A stretch of DNA of 64,000 nt, from contig CACOJO010000004.1 of the NCBI GenBank assembly GCA_902627595.1, positions 27,632 through 91,631 of the forward strand, read 5' to 3'. The position numbers were made by a program, and so were the translations under genes. This DNA comes from an uncultured SAR86 cluster bacterium. GTDB taxonomy: Bacteria > Pseudomonadota > Gammaproteobacteria > Magnimaribacterales > AG-339-G14. The notes under the pieces are model-generated. The model saw only the letters and a program-made list of their open reading frames with translations, made no database searches and had not been told where the DNA came from. Positions 48,902 to 59,707 of the stretch are shown here, piece by piece; the first letter of the stretch is position 1, and each line of letters starts with the position of its first letter.

Positions 48902-49075
48902 TTAGTCTGTTGCTTGTACAGGATCTACTTGTCCAGCAAAGTTACCTGTTGGTGCACTGCCTCCATAAGAATTATTAGAGCCGGAACTACCGCCACTGCC
49001 ACTACTACCATATCCACCACCACCACAACCAACAAATAAGATTGTGATAACTAAAATTGTAAATAATTTGTTCAT
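48902..49075 (-). CDS. 57-aa Gly/Ser-rich lipoprotein (not in the supplied ORF track because it is under 60 aa)
   Basis: Hand translation: MNKLFTILVITILFVGCGGGGYGSSGSGGSSGSNNSYGGSAPTGNFAGQVDPVQATD*. Lipobox-like LFVGC. GAGG lies 8 nt upstream of the ATG. The stop is 20 nt upstream of the 984-aa gene. Confidence 0.5.
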   Translation of the reverse strand: MNKLFTILVITILFVGCGGGGYGSSGSGGSSGSNNSYGGSAPTGNFAGQVDPVQATD

Positions 49076-49270
49076 AAAAAAGACCTCATTTAATAAATAT
49101 TTATACTATTTTTCTTTGAGTATGCATATCATTTTTTTTTAAAAAAAATAGTCAACTATTGCGGCGACTATGGCTAAAAATATATTGACAATTACTATGA
49201 CAAATAACAACCCTTTTAAATTAAACTTTTTATCTTTCTTCTCCATAAGGCATAATTATGACCAATATTT

Positions 49271-49489
49271 ATGGCAAAAGAAGATTTAATTGAAATGTCA
49301 GGCGAGGTTATAGACACCATGCCCAATACTACTTTTAAAGTTAAACTAGAAAACGATCATGTGATTACTGCTCATATTTCAGGAAAAATGAGAAAAAATT
49401 ACATACGTATTTTGACTGGAGATAAAGTTAAAGTAGAAATGACTCCTTATGACCTTACCAAAGGTAGAATAACCTTTAGAGAAAAATAA
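49271..49489 (+). CDS. infA: Translation initiation factor IF-1
   Basis: [48 protein letters not shown], 72 aa. Confidence 0.95.
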   Translation: MAKEDLIEMSGEVIDTMPNTTFKVKLENDHVITAHISGKMRKNYIRILTGDKVKVEMTPYDLTKGRITFREK

Positions 49490-49491
49490 TT

Positions 49492-51744
49492 TTATGAAGT
49501 TAGTTCTTTTTCTTCGTGAGGAAGAAATTTTATATCTATTTGGTCCTTCTTGATTGAAACTTTTGCAATTCCTCCTTCTTTGGCTAAATCTCCAAATAAA
49601 ATAGACTCAGCCAATTTTTGTTTAATTTCATCTTGAATGAGTCTTTGCATTGGACGAGCACCCATTTTTTCATCGTAACCTTTGTCAGCAAGCCAAGCTC
49701 TTGCTTTGTTATCAACTTCAAGCACTACTCTTTTTTCATCCAATTGAGCTTGAAGTTCCGTTAAAAACTTATCTACTACTGTATGAATTACTTCTGTTTT
49801 CAGAGAACCAAACTGAACGATAGAAGTTAATCTATTTCTAAACTCCGGACTGAAAGTTTTTTTAATGACTTCAGTTCCATCTGTAGAATTGTCTTGTTTT
49901 TGAAAACCCATTGACTCTCTCGCCATCTCCAATGCACCAGAATTCGTTGTCATAATCAATATGCAGTTTCTAAAACTTGCTTGTCTACCGTTATTATCGG
50001 TTAGCATTCCATGGTCCATAACCTGCAATAAAACATTAAATACTTCTGGATGAGCTTTTTCTATTTCATCTAGAAGAATTACTGAATGAGGATTCTTGGT
50101 TACGGCTTCAGTTAACAAGCCACCTTGATCGTAACCTACATAACCAGGAGGAGCTCCTATTAAACGAGAAACGGTATGTCTTTCCATGTATTCAGACATA
50201 TCAAATCTTACTAACTCAACTCCTAAGATTTTAGCTAGTTGTCTAGATACTTCAGTTTTACCAACTCCAGTAGGCCCAGAAAATAAAAAAGAACCTATTG
50301 GTTTTTCATCTTCACCCAAACCAGCTCTAGACATCATAATAGAATTAGAAAGTTTTTGGATAGCTTCGTCTTGACCAAAAATGACTCTTTTAAGATCTTC
50401 TTCTAATTTACCTAAGGAAACTCTATCTTGAGTGGAAACGCTTTTTTCCGGGATCTGTGCCATAAGAGAAATTACTCTTTCAACATCCTGTTCATTGACA
50501 GTTTTTCTTTTAGTACTTAGGTTAAGCCTTAATCTTGCTCCCGCTTCATCAATGACATCAATTGCCTTATCGGGAAGAAATTTATCATTTATATGTTTTG
50601 CTGAAAGTTCAGCTGCTGCTTTAAGCGAGGCCTTTGAATACTTTAATTCATGGTGCTGCTCATATTTCTTTTTAAGCCCTTCAAGAATTTTTACAGTTTC
50701 CTGCACAGAAGGCTCCACTAAATCGACTTTTTGAAATCTTCTAGAAAGTGCCCTATCTTGTTCAAAAATAGTTCTATATTCTTTAAAAGTAGTTGAACCT
50801 ATAAACCTTATACCTTCTTTCCCTAAGACAGGTTTCAGTAAATTGGATGCATCCATAACCCCACCTGAAGTAGCACCTGCTCCAATAATGGTATGGATCT
50901 CATCTATAAATAGAATAGCATTTGGGATGGCTGACAATTCTTTTAAAATTCCTTTAAGTCTTTTTTCAAAATCTCCACGATATTTTGTGCCTGCTAACAA
51001 AGAACCCATATCTAAAGAATAAATTATGCTTTCTTGCAGTGAAGGAGCAGCTGATTTTTCAACTATATTCTTAGCTAGACCTTCAATTAAGGCTGTTTTT
51101 CCCACTCCAGACTCACCAACTAAAATTGGATTATTTTTAGAACGCCTAGCAAGAATTTGAGAAATTCTTTCAATCTCCTTATCTCTTCCTACCAAGGGAT
51201 CTATTCGATTTGCTTCAGCTTCTAAATTAAGATTTAGAGCATATTTTCCAAGATAACCCGACTCGCTAGAAGAAGAAGATTCTTGTGAGATATCATCAAA
51301 AGATTCATCTTCTGTAACTCCCTCTCCATGGCTCATATATGAAACTGCATCAAGTCTTGTCATTCCTTGCTTTTTCAAAAGGTAGACGCTGTGACTTTCT
51401 TTTTCACTAAACAAAGCTACCAAGATATTTGCTCCTGTAACTTCTCCCGTACCAGAGGATTGAACGTGAAAGACCGCTCTTTGAATTACTCTCTGAAAAG
51501 ACAATGTTGGTTGAATTTCAACTGCATCATCTTTCTTTTCTGGACAGTTTTTTAAAATGAACTCTTTTAATTCAGCTTCTAAAATATCGATATTTATGTC
51601 GCAAGCAAGAAGGACATTAAGAGCGTCTTGGTTATTTAATATGCATAAAAGAAGATGCTCAGTAGTAACGAATTCATGATTATTTTCGTGAGCAAATTTA
51701 AAAGCGTTATTCAGACATTCTTCAAGACTTTTTTCTAACATCAA
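49492..51744 (-). CDS. clpA: ATP-dependent Clp protease ATP-binding subunit ClpA
   Basis: Two AAA+ modules (GESGVGKTA and GPTGVGKTE Walker A) and the Clp N-domain. Lies downstream of clpS. Confidence 0.9.
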   Translation of the reverse strand: MMLEKSLEECLNNAFKFAHENNHEFVTTEHLLLCILNNQDALNVLLACDINIDILEAELKEFILKNCPEKKDDAVEIQPTLSFQRVIQRAVFHVQSSGTGEVTGANILVALFSEKESHSVYLLKKQGMTRLDAVSYMSHGEGVTEDESFDDISQESSSSSESGYLGKYALNLNLEAEANRIDPLVGRDKEIERISQILARRSKNNPILVGESGVGKTALIEGLAKNIVEKSAAPSLQESIIYSLDMGSLLAGTKYRGDFEKRLKGILKELSAIPNAILFIDEIHTIIGAGATSGGVMDASNLLKPVLGKEGIRFIGSTTFKEYRTIFEQDRALSRRFQKVDLVEPSVQETVKILEGLKKKYEQHHELKYSKASLKAAAELSAKHINDKFLPDKAIDVIDEAGARLRLNLSTKRKTVNEQDVERVISLMAQIPEKSVSTQDRVSLGKLEEDLKRVIFGQDEAIQKLSNSIMMSRAGLGEDEKPIGSFLFSGPTGVGKTEVSRQLAKILGVELVRFDMSEYMERHTVSRLIGAPPGYVGYDQGGLLTEAVTKNPHSVILLDEIEKAHPEVFNVLLQVMDHGMLTDNNGRQASFRNCILIMTTNSGALEMARESMGFQKQDNSTDGTEVIKKTFSPEFRNRLTSIVQFGSLKTEVIHTVVDKFLTELQAQLDEKRVVLEVDNKARAWLADKGYDEKMGARPMQRLIQDEIKQKLAESILFGDLAKEGGIAKVSIKKDQIDIKFLPHEEKELTS

Positions 51745-52091
51745 TCTTCCTCATCTATTGGTTCAATATCACTTACTAAAGGATGTTCATTTTGCTTAGC
51801 AAAATTATTAATTTGATTTGATTTTGTTTCTGCCACTTCTTTCGTATAAATACCACAAACTCCCTTTCCTTTTGTATGAACAGCAAGCATTATTTGAGTA
51901 GCTTTTTCCTTATCGTAACTAAAAAAAGTTTGTAGGACGTAAATTACAAACTCCATAGGAGTATAGTCGTCATTTAGAAGAATGACTCTATATAAAGAAG
52001 GTTTTTTTAACTTAGGCTCTTCTAATTCGACTAGCGATGATGAATTAGATTCGTAGTCTTCAGATTTATTATTAAGTTTTATATTAATCAT
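51741..52091 (-). CDS. clpS: ClpS adaptor protein
   Basis: [24 protein letters not shown], 4-nt overlap with clpA. Confidence 0.9.
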   Translation of the reverse strand: MINIKLNNKSEDYESNSSSLVELEEPKLKKPSLYRVILLNDDYTPMEFVIYVLQTFFSYDKEKATQIMLAVHTKGKGVCGIYTKEVAETKSNQINNFAKQNEHPLVSDIEPIDEED

Positions 52092-52105
52092 TCATTAAAA
52101 AAATA

Positions 52106-53365
52106 TTATGACATTCCATTACAAATTTGTTCAGCAAACTCTGAACATTTTAGTAATTTTGCTCCTGTCATCAATCTTTCTAAATCATAAGTTACTAACT
52201 TATTCTTAATAGCCCAACTAATTCCTTTAATAATATTTTCTGAGGCTTCGTGCCATCCCATATGATTAAGCATCATTTCTGCTGATAATATCAGTGACGC
52301 TGGATTTACTTTATCCAATCCAGCATATTTTGGAGCTGTTCCATGTGTAGCTTCAAAAAGGGCTACTTTATCTCCTAGATTTGCTCCAGGCGCTAAGCCT
52401 AATCCACCAACTTTTGCCGCTAAAGCATCGGAGATGAAATCGCCATTAAGATTCATCGTTGCGATTACGTCATAATCACCTGGCCTTATAAGAATTTGTT
52501 GCAAAAAGTTATCCGTAATGATGTCTTTTAAAATAATCAAACGTTTAGTTACTGGATTTCTAAAGCTCATCCATTCTCCGCCATCCAAAGATGTTGCGCC
52601 AAATTCTCTTGCTGCTAAAGAATAACTCCATTCTTTAAAAGATCCTTCGGTATATTTCATTATGTTTCCTTTATGCACAATAGTTACCGAAGAACGATCA
52701 TTATCAATTGCATATTGAATGGCTTTTCTAACATGTCTTTCTGTGCCTTCTTTCGAAATAGGCTTGATCCCTATTCCACAGGCTTCTTCAAATCTAATAT
52801 TTTTTACACCCATTTCTTTAGTTAGAAATTCAATTAATTTTGAAGCTTCATCAGAATTTGCTTCAAACTCTATTCCTGCATATATATCTTCTGAGTTTTC
52901 TCTGAAAACAATCATATCGGTAGTTTCTGGAATAACTACTGGACTCGGCACTCCTTCAAAATACCTTATCGGTCTTTGGCAAACATAAAGATCAAGCACT
53001 TGCCTTAATCGAACATTTAAAGATCTAATTCCTCCTCCAATAGGAGTTGTCAAAGGACCTTTAATTCCAACAATATAGTTTTTCAAAGCATCTATGGTTT
53101 CATCTGGCAACCACTCATTTTCTCCATAGACACTCAAAGATTTTTCGCCGCAGAAAATTTCCATCCAAGCAATCTTTCTTTCGCCGTTATAGGCAAGATT
53201 TACTGCATGGTCTACCACTTTGATCATTGCAGCCGTTACATCCGTGCCTATGCCATCTCCTTCAATAAATGGAATTATTGGATTTGGAGGAACAATTAAT
53301 TCGCCAGAGTCATTTATAGTAATTTGTTCTCCATCCTCTGGAATTTCTATGTGTTTATATACCAT
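52106..53365 (-). CDS. icd: NADP-dependent isocitrate dehydrogenase
   Basis: [17 protein letters not shown] and GSFKEW are colinear with E. coli Icd as recalled. 419 aa. Confidence 0.9.
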   Translation of the reverse strand: MVYKHIEIPEDGEQITINDSGELIVPPNPIIPFIEGDGIGTDVTAAMIKVVDHAVNLAYNGERKIAWMEIFCGEKSLSVYGENEWLPDETIDALKNYIVGIKGPLTTPIGGGIRSLNVRLRQVLDLYVCQRPIRYFEGVPSPVVIPETTDMIVFRENSEDIYAGIEFEANSDEASKLIEFLTKEMGVKNIRFEEACGIGIKPISKEGTERHVRKAIQYAIDNDRSSVTIVHKGNIMKYTEGSFKEWSYSLAAREFGATSLDGGEWMSFRNPVTKRLIILKDIITDNFLQQILIRPGDYDVIATMNLNGDFISDALAAKVGGLGLAPGANLGDKVALFEATHGTAPKYAGLDKVNPASLILSAEMMLNHMGWHEASENIIKGISWAIKNKLVTYDLERLMTGAKLLKCSEFAEQICNGMS

Positions 53366-53427
53366 AAGAGTTATAAAAGTCCTTTAAAGCGCGGTATCAT
53401 AGCATTTTTTACTTATCTATAAAAATT

Positions 53428-54486
53428 GTGAAAGTTCTAGTAGGTTTATCGGGAGGTGTTGACTCTTCAGTTGCTGCGTTCCTTTTAAAGAAAGAAGGTT
53501 TCGATGTTACAGCTGGATTTATGAGAAACTGGGAGGATGATGATGGCACTCCATATTGTAGCGTTAAAGAAGACTTTTTAGATGCTGCACAAGTTTCTGA
53601 CAAATTAGGCATAAATTTAGTGCAAATGAATTTTGCAAAACAATACAAAGAAAAAGTATTCAGTTATTTCTTGGATGAATTGAATAATGGCAAGACTCCT
53701 AACCCAGATGTTTATTGTAATAAATTTATTAAATTCAAAGAGTTCACAGATTATGCAATGCAGAATGACTTCGATGCTGTTGCAACGGGACACTACTCCA
53801 AGGTTCAAGTGATCGAAAAAGAACATTTCTTATGTAAATCTTACGATCAAAGTAAAGATCAAACTTATTTTCTAAGTCAGGTTGAAAAAGATGTTTTTAA
53901 AAAAATAAAATTTCCTTTAGGAAATCTTTTAAAAACTGATGTAAGAAAGATAGCTGAAGCAGAAAATCTAGTTACTTATAATAAGAAAGATAGCACTGGC
54001 ATTTGTTTTATTGGTGAGAGACCATTTCCAGAATTCTTAAAAAATTACCTACCTGAAGATTATGGAGAAATTGTTGATGAAAATGATGAAGTAATTGGAG
54101 AACATAAGGGTTTATATTTTTATACCATAGGTCAAAGACAAGGTCTTGGTATTGGAGGCTTAAAGAACAAGGCAGAAAAAGCTTGGTATGTTGCACAAAA
54201 AGATTTTTCTAATAATAAATTAGTGGTTGTTCAAGAAAATAATCATCCATTACTTTTTAAACAAGAAGTTTCCGTTTCAAATATAAATTGGCTGAAACTG
54301 CCATCTACTAACAAAGTCTCGGCAAAAATTAGGTATCGCCAAAAAGATCAAGATTGTGAAATCGATCATCAAGGAAACAAAGCTAAAGTTTTCTTTAAAG
54401 AACCGCAAAGAGCAGTAACTCCAGGCCAATTTATCGTATTTTATGAAGATGAAATTTGTTTAGGTGGAGGCGAGATAGATATATAA
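53428..54486 (+). CDS. mnmA: tRNA 2-thiouridine(34) synthase
   Basis: GTG start. VGLSGGVDSSVAA PP-loop, DQTYFL, 352 aa. Confidence 0.9.
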   Translation: MKVLVGLSGGVDSSVAAFLLKKEGFDVTAGFMRNWEDDDGTPYCSVKEDFLDAAQVSDKLGINLVQMNFAKQYKEKVFSYFLDELNNGKTPNPDVYCNKFIKFKEFTDYAMQNDFDAVATGHYSKVQVIEKEHFLCKSYDQSKDQTYFLSQVEKDVFKKIKFPLGNLLKTDVRKIAEAENLVTYNKKDSTGICFIGERPFPEFLKNYLPEDYGEIVDENDEVIGEHKGLYFYTIGQRQGLGIGGLKNKAEKAWYVAQKDFSNNKLVVVQENNHPLLFKQEVSVSNINWLKLPSTNKVSAKIRYRQKDQDCEIDHQGNKAKVFFKEPQRAVTPGQFIVFYEDEICLGGGEIDI

Positions 54487-54503
54487 TCCTCTTTTGAAAA
54501 TTA

Positions 54504-55877
54504 ATGCCCAACGATAATCTGCTTTCCATAACTCCTATTGATGGGAGGTATGCATCTCAAACAAAATTTCTTGCGAACTATTTTAGTGAATTTGCTTTGA
54601 TTAAAACCAGAGTAGAAGTTGAAATTGAGTGGCTTCTTTTGATATCCAAGAACAAGTCTCTTAAATTTATTCCTGTAGTTTCAGATAGTCAGGAAAATAA
54701 AATAATTAATATTTTCAAAGAATTTTCTATCAAAGATGCCAAGCAAATTAAGAAAATTGAAAAGAAGACCAATCACGACGTCAAAGCAGTCGAACTTTTT
54801 ATCGTTGGAAAACTAAAAAAATTAAAGCTGAATAAACTATGTGAGTTTGTTCATTTTTGTTGTACATCCGAAGATATCAATAATCTTTCTTATTCCCTCA
54901 TGATGCAAAGATTTTTAGATAGAGAGTTTTTACCTGAGGCTAATTTTTTAAAGAAAAATTTAAATTCTCTAGCTAAGAAATATTCGAAATTATCAATGCT
55001 AGCCTTTACTCATGGTCAACCTGCCTCCCCTACTTCGCTCGGTAAAGAATTTTCTAATTTTTCCTATCGAATGAAGTTTCATTTAGATCAAATTAAATCT
55101 GTTAAGCAAAAAGGAAAATTTAATGGAGCATCGGGAAATTATAATGCTCATATCATTGCCAAAAATAATCTAAATTGGGAAGTTTTATCCAAAAAATTCG
55201 TAAACTCTCTTGGGTTAGATTTTTCAAGTCACTCAACTCAGATTGAACTTAAAGACGCAATGGCATTTCAATTAGCAAGTATTCATAATTTAAACAACGT
55301 ATTAATTGATTTTGCACAAGATATTTGGCTTTTAATTTCAAAAAATTATCTGAAACAAAACTTGAAATCTGGAGAAGTAGGTTCTTCAACGATGCCTCAT
55401 AAAGTTAACCCTATAGATTTTGAAAATGCAGAAGGAAATCTATCCATTGCAAACGGCTTGATTATTGCACTGAAAAATAAAATTCAAATATCAAGATTGC
55501 AAAGAGATTTATCTGATTCGACTGTCTTAAGAAATATTGGCTCGTTATTTGCTTATATTATTATCAGCCTTAATTCTTTAAAAAAAGGTATCGCTAAAAT
55601 TGAACCTAACAAAGAGAACATCCTAAAAGACCTAGATAATAGTTGGGAAATTTTGACCGAAGCTATTCAAACCATACTAAGAAAAAATGGTGTTGAAGAT
55701 AGTTATACAAAAATTAAATCTATTTCACGTGGAAAAAAACTTGATTATCATTCCTACATAAAGATAATTGACGACTTGAAAATAAATAAAGCGGATAAGG
55801 AACTTCTTTTAAGCCTAACTCCAAAAAAATATATTGGATTGGCAGACAAATTGGCTAAATCTTCTTTTAAATCCTAA
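54504..55877 (+). CDS. purB: Adenylosuccinate lyase
   Basis: LSITPIDGRYASQT and GSSTMPHKVNP signature, 457 aa. Confidence 0.9.
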   Translation: MPNDNLLSITPIDGRYASQTKFLANYFSEFALIKTRVEVEIEWLLLISKNKSLKFIPVVSDSQENKIINIFKEFSIKDAKQIKKIEKKTNHDVKAVELFIVGKLKKLKLNKLCEFVHFCCTSEDINNLSYSLMMQRFLDREFLPEANFLKKNLNSLAKKYSKLSMLAFTHGQPASPTSLGKEFSNFSYRMKFHLDQIKSVKQKGKFNGASGNYNAHIIAKNNLNWEVLSKKFVNSLGLDFSSHSTQIELKDAMAFQLASIHNLNNVLIDFAQDIWLLISKNYLKQNLKSGEVGSSTMPHKVNPIDFENAEGNLSIANGLIIALKNKIQISRLQRDLSDSTVLRNIGSLFAYIIISLNSLKKGIAKIEPNKENILKDLDNSWEILTEAIQTILRKNGVEDSYTKIKSISRGKKLDYHSYIKIIDDLKINKADKELLLSLTPKKYIGLADKLAKSSFKS

Positions 55878-55887
55878 GGGGCATAAT

Positions 55888-57492
55888 ATGTTTGATTATA
55901 AAAAAATAGTAAAAGAATATGAGGATCTTAAGAACCAAAGTCCTAATATTTATAAAAATATTAATCCTGTATCTGCTGCAAGAATGAGATTACAAAATAG
56001 ATTTCATACTGGTTTAGATATTGCTCAGTATACTGCTGACATTATGCATGCAGACATGGCTGATTATGATAAAGATTCTAGTGTTTATACGCAGTCCTTA
56101 GGTTGTTGGCATGGTTTTACTGCGCAACAAATGATGATGGAGATTAAGAGGTCTCACGCAACTACCTCGAAAAGATATGTTTATTTAAGCGGATGGATGA
56201 TAGCAGCCTTAAGGTCTGAATTCGGTCCTCTTCCCGATCAAAGTATGCATGAAAAAACTGCAGTCCCGAACTTGATAAAAGAAATTTATACCTTTTTAAA
56301 AAGAGCAGACTCTGTTCAGCTGCAGCATTTGTTCAATGAGCTTGACGAAGCAGAAGCTGCGGGAAATAAAACTGATGAAATTATTAAAAGAATTGATAAT
56401 TTTGAAACTCACGTTGTTCCAATCATTGCGGATATAGATGCTGGATTTGGTAATGAGGAAGCTACTTATCTGCTTGCAAAAAAGATGATTCAAGCTGGAG
56501 CTTGTGCAATTCAAATTGAAAATCAAGTCTCTGATGAAAAACAGTGTGGTCATCAAGACGGAAAAGTAACTGTTCCTCATGAAGACTTTTTATCAAAGGT
56601 AAATGCTGTTAGGTATGCATTCTTAGAGTTAGGTATAAAAAATGGAATCATAGTCGCAAGAACTGATTCTTTAGGAGCAGGATTAACTCAGAAAGTTCCA
56701 GTTTCAAAAGAACCTGGAGATCTTGCTGACCAATACAACAGCTTTTTAGAGTCTCACGAAATTAACGATTTAAGTGAATTAGAAGATAACGATGTAACTA
56801 TTCACCAGGGAGGAAAACTTGTTCAACCAGTAAGACTCCCGAATGGGTTATATCAATTTAAAAAAGATACTGGATTTGATCGAGTAGTTCTTGATTGTAT
56901 AACTAGTCTCGAAAATGGTGCAGATCTTTTATGGATTGAAACTGAAAAACCAAATGTGCAACAGATTGCTGAAATGGTTTCTGCGATAAGAGAAAAACAA
57001 CCTCAAGCAAAACTTGTTTATAATAATTCGCCTTCTTTCAATTGGACATTGTCTTTCAGAGAGCAGGTTTATCAAGAATGGGTTGAAGCTGGAAAAGATG
57101 TTTCAAATTATCCTGATCCTGCTAAGGCTCCAAAAGGCTTGATGGATGAAAAATTTGATGAATCAGAGCTTGCAATTGAAGCTGACAAATATATTCAAAA
57201 TTTCCAAAAAGATGCTTCGAGAGAAGCAGGAATATTTCATCATTTGATTACTTTACCCACCTATCATGAAACAGCTTTAGGTACGTCAGTACTATCCGAA
57301 GGATACTTTGGCGATCAAGGTATGTTGGCATATGTCAAAGAGATTCAAAGACAGGAAATTAGGCGCGATATGTCTTCAGTTAAACATCAGGACTTAGCCG
57401 GCTCAACAGTAGGCGATACTCACAAAGAGTATTTCTCTGGAGATAATGCGCTTAAGGCAGGTGGAGAAGACAACACAATGAATCAGTTTTAA
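55888..57492 (+). CDS. aceA: Isocitrate lyase (long, ~530-aa type)
   Basis: KQCGHQDGK active-site loop (K-x-C-G-H), DIDAGFGN, TDS. Start set at the ATG at 55888 after an AAGGGG Shine-Dalgarno. The ORF-track start at 55834 would overlap purB. Confidence 0.85.
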   Translation: MFDYKKIVKEYEDLKNQSPNIYKNINPVSAARMRLQNRFHTGLDIAQYTADIMHADMADYDKDSSVYTQSLGCWHGFTAQQMMMEIKRSHATTSKRYVYLSGWMIAALRSEFGPLPDQSMHEKTAVPNLIKEIYTFLKRADSVQLQHLFNELDEAEAAGNKTDEIIKRIDNFETHVVPIIADIDAGFGNEEATYLLAKKMIQAGACAIQIENQVSDEKQCGHQDGKVTVPHEDFLSKVNAVRYAFLELGIKNGIIVARTDSLGAGLTQKVPVSKEPGDLADQYNSFLESHEINDLSELEDNDVTIHQGGKLVQPVRLPNGLYQFKKDTGFDRVVLDCITSLENGADLLWIETEKPNVQQIAEMVSAIREKQPQAKLVYNNSPSFNWTLSFREQVYQEWVEAGKDVSNYPDPAKAPKGLMDEKFDESELAIEADKYIQNFQKDASREAGIFHHLITLPTYHETALGTSVLSEGYFGDQGMLAYVKEIQRQEIRRDMSSVKHQDLAGSTVGDTHKEYFSGDNALKAGGEDNTMNQF

Positions 57493-57647
57493 TCGACTGT
57501 TTTACCGCAAACTTTACAAGTTTCGCCCTTTTCTAAATAAATTCCTCCACAACTTGGCTGGAGGGGTTTATTCTTAAGAATTAAACCTATAGACATTCCC
57601 GCTATTGAAAGAATGATTATAAAGATTGCTAATAAGGCTGTAATCAT
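57489..57647 (-). CDS. nqrM: (Na+)-NQR maturation protein NqrM
   Basis: One TM helix plus a Cys motif (SCGG...CKVCG). Position after apbE. Start set at the Met 4 nt downstream of the apbE stop, instead of the 84-aa ORF-track version. Confidence 0.6.
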   Translation of the reverse strand: MITALLAIFIIILSIAGMSIGLILKNKPLQPSCGGIYLEKGETCKVCGKTVD

Positions 57648-57651
57648 AAAA

Positions 57652-58500
57652 CTATTGTAACAATTCCTTCCATTGATTTGATTCAAAGGATAGTATTTTT
57701 TCATTACTTTTATAAATGAGTAATGCAGGTATATCTTTATCAATAATGGTTTTTTTTATTAAATTAATTTTTCCAATAGCAAACAATCCAGTTGCAAGAG
57801 CATCAGCATATGCCGTTGATTTTTTATCTAGAACCGAAATAGAAAGTAGATCTTGATCAATCATATTTCCTTCAAGTCCAAGGATGTGGCCAGGATTTCT
57901 ATAATTTCCTGAAGTTGCAATTGAAAGATTTTGTTTAAATTCAAAAGGTTTAAATAAATCTTGCTTATTAGGTAAGGGACTTTCAATTCCAATTTTCCAA
58001 AAATTTTTATTTTTCTTTCCTTCAGCTCTAATTTCTCCACCAATATTAATAAAAAAATTTTTAATATTTAATTCATTTAATTTGGTTGAAATGATGTCAA
58101 CCGCATAGCCTTTTGCCACTGCATTAAAGTAATCATAATTTTCAAATAATATAAATCCTTTGGCGGTTTTATTTGCCTCAATTGAAATTTTTATAACTTC
58201 TTGAAAATAATTCTTAATTTCTTGTTTAAAAAATTCTGTATTTTTTTTATCTCTTTTTAATGAGACCAAAGAATCATCTTTATACGTTGAACAACATTCA
58301 TTGATGGAAATAAAAATACTGTTTATTTCGTTATTTACTCTTTCAAGATTATTTTGAGTTTTTTCAAACTTTATTTCATAAAATGTACCAAAAGCTTGGC
58401 CAGACATAGAAAGAATTTCTTTTTCATATGAACAAGCCCCTAAAAAGAAGAGCAAAAAAAATATAGATCCTTTAAAAATTTTAACTACCAAAATCATCAA
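57652..58500 (-). CDS. apbE: FAD:protein FMN transferase ApbE (lipoprotein)
   Basis: Lipobox FLGAC and the ApbE-type N-terminal region ([12 protein letters not shown]). Position after nqrF. Confidence 0.8.
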   Translation of the reverse strand: MMILVVKIFKGSIFFLLFFLGACSYEKEILSMSGQAFGTFYEIKFEKTQNNLERVNNEINSIFISINECCSTYKDDSLVSLKRDKKNTEFFKQEIKNYFQEVIKISIEANKTAKGFILFENYDYFNAVAKGYAVDIISTKLNELNIKNFFINIGGEIRAEGKKNKNFWKIGIESPLPNKQDLFKPFEFKQNLSIATSGNYRNPGHILGLEGNMIDQDLLSISVLDKKSTAYADALATGLFAIGKINLIKKTIIDKDIPALLIYKSNEKILSFESNQWKELLQ

Positions 58501-59707
58501 ACATTATATTTTCTGGTTCAACACCTAGACTATCAAGCATTTTGAATGCAGCTGACATCATCATAGGTGGACCGCAAAGATAATATTCGCAATCTTCTGG
58601 TGAAGGATGATGTTGAAGGTATTCATCATATAAAACATGACTAATGAACCCTGTAAGACCATCCCAGTTATCTTCGGGTAATGGGTCAGATAGGGCCGCA
58701 TACCAAGAAAAATTCTCAAAGTCATTAGACAACTTATCGAACTCTTCAACATAAAACATTTCTTTTAAACTTCTTGCTCCATACCAAAAGCTAATTTTTC
58801 TTGAAGAGTTAATTCTTAAAAGTTGATCAAAAATGTGAGATCTCATCGGAGCCATACCAGCTCCTCCACCGATAAACACCATTTCAGCATCAGTTTTTTT
58901 TGCCTTGAATTCCCCAAAAGGACCGAAAATAGTTAATTTGTCCCCTGCTTTTAAATTGAATAAATAGGATGAAGCTTCTCCAGGAGGAACTGACATTCCT
59001 GGTGGTGGCGAGGCTATTCTAATATTGAATTTCATTATTCCTTTCTCTTCAGGATAATTTGCCATAGAGTAAGCTCTGATTACCTCCTCTTTCACTGAAG
59101 AAACATTATTAAACACCTCAAATCTTTCCCAATCAGATTTGTATTCATCTTGGATATAAAAATCTTTGTAATCGGCTTTGTAAGGAGGAATTTCCATTTG
59201 TACATAACCGCCAGCTTCAAAACCAACATCTTCACCTTCAGGAAGTTCTAAAACTAATTCCTTGATAAAGGTAGCAACATTATCGTTAGATTTAACGGTG
59301 GTTTCCCATTTTTTAACTCCGAATACTTCTTCCGGTATGGTTATTTTCATGTCACTTTTAACAGGAACTTGACAAGATAGACGCCAAAAGTCTTTTTTCT
59401 CCTTATTATTAAAATGACTTTCTTCGGTTGATAAAATTGAACCTCCCCCATCAAAAACCTGACAACGACATTGAGCACAAGTACCTCCTCCTCCACATGC
59501 TGAAGAAAGAAATAGGTTATTCTCAGCTAAAGTTTGTAAAAGCTTTCCTCCAGCCGGGACAGTAATTTTTTGAGCGGGATCGTCATTTATTTCAATGGTC
59601 ACATCTCCCGTGGAGACTAATTGAGATCTTGCCAAAAGAATAATGGCAACCATAACATTTACAATAACTGTAAAAGATAAAATACCTAATATTATTTCAG
59701 TGACCAT
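58481..59707 (-). CDS. nqrF: Na+-translocating NADH:quinone oxidoreductase subunit F
   Basis: N-terminal TM helix, 2Fe-2S motif [21 protein letters not shown] domain ([15 protein letters not shown]). Confidence 0.9.
   Translation of the reverse strand: MVTEIILGILSFTVIVNVMVAIILLARSQLVSTGDVTIEINDDPAQKITVPAGGKLLQTLAENNLFLSSACGGGGTCAQCRCQVFDGGGSILSTEESHFNNKEKKDFWRLSCQVPVKSDMKITIPEEVFGVKKWETTVKSNDNVATFIKELVLELPEGEDVGFEAGGYVQMEIPPYKADYKDFYIQDEYKSDWERFEVFNNVSSVKEEVIRAYSMANYPEEKGIMKFNIRIASPPPGMSVPPGEASSYLFNLKAGDKLTIFGPFGEFKAKKTDAEMVFIGGGAGMAPMRSHIFDQLLRINSSRKISFWYGARSLKEMFYVEEFDKLSNDFENFSWYAALSDPLPEDNWDGLTGFISHVLYDEYLQHHPSPEDCEYYLCGPPMMMSAAFKMLDSLGVEPENIMFDDFGS

Noticed and set aside
49132-49148. 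T9A8 palindromic homopolymer tract between the lipoprotein gene and infA. I considered it as a hairpin terminator or recombination site.
   Set aside because: A pure A/T stem would be very weak. Such tracts are common in AT-rich divergent promoter regions (curved DNA or UP-element-like). There is no flanking GC stem.
50432-50734. 100-aa ORF antisense to clpA. Similar antisense ORFs occur at 16680-16898 and 17049-17279 (nhaB), 52719-52988 (icd), 60454-60738 (nqrD), 56296-56580 (aceA), 22001-22321 (fabG) and 23053-23334 (fabF).
   Set aside because: Each lies entirely inside a confidently identified gene on the opposite strand. They have biased, low-complexity translations and no Shine-Dalgarno sequence or recognisable motif. 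They are typical shadow ORFs.
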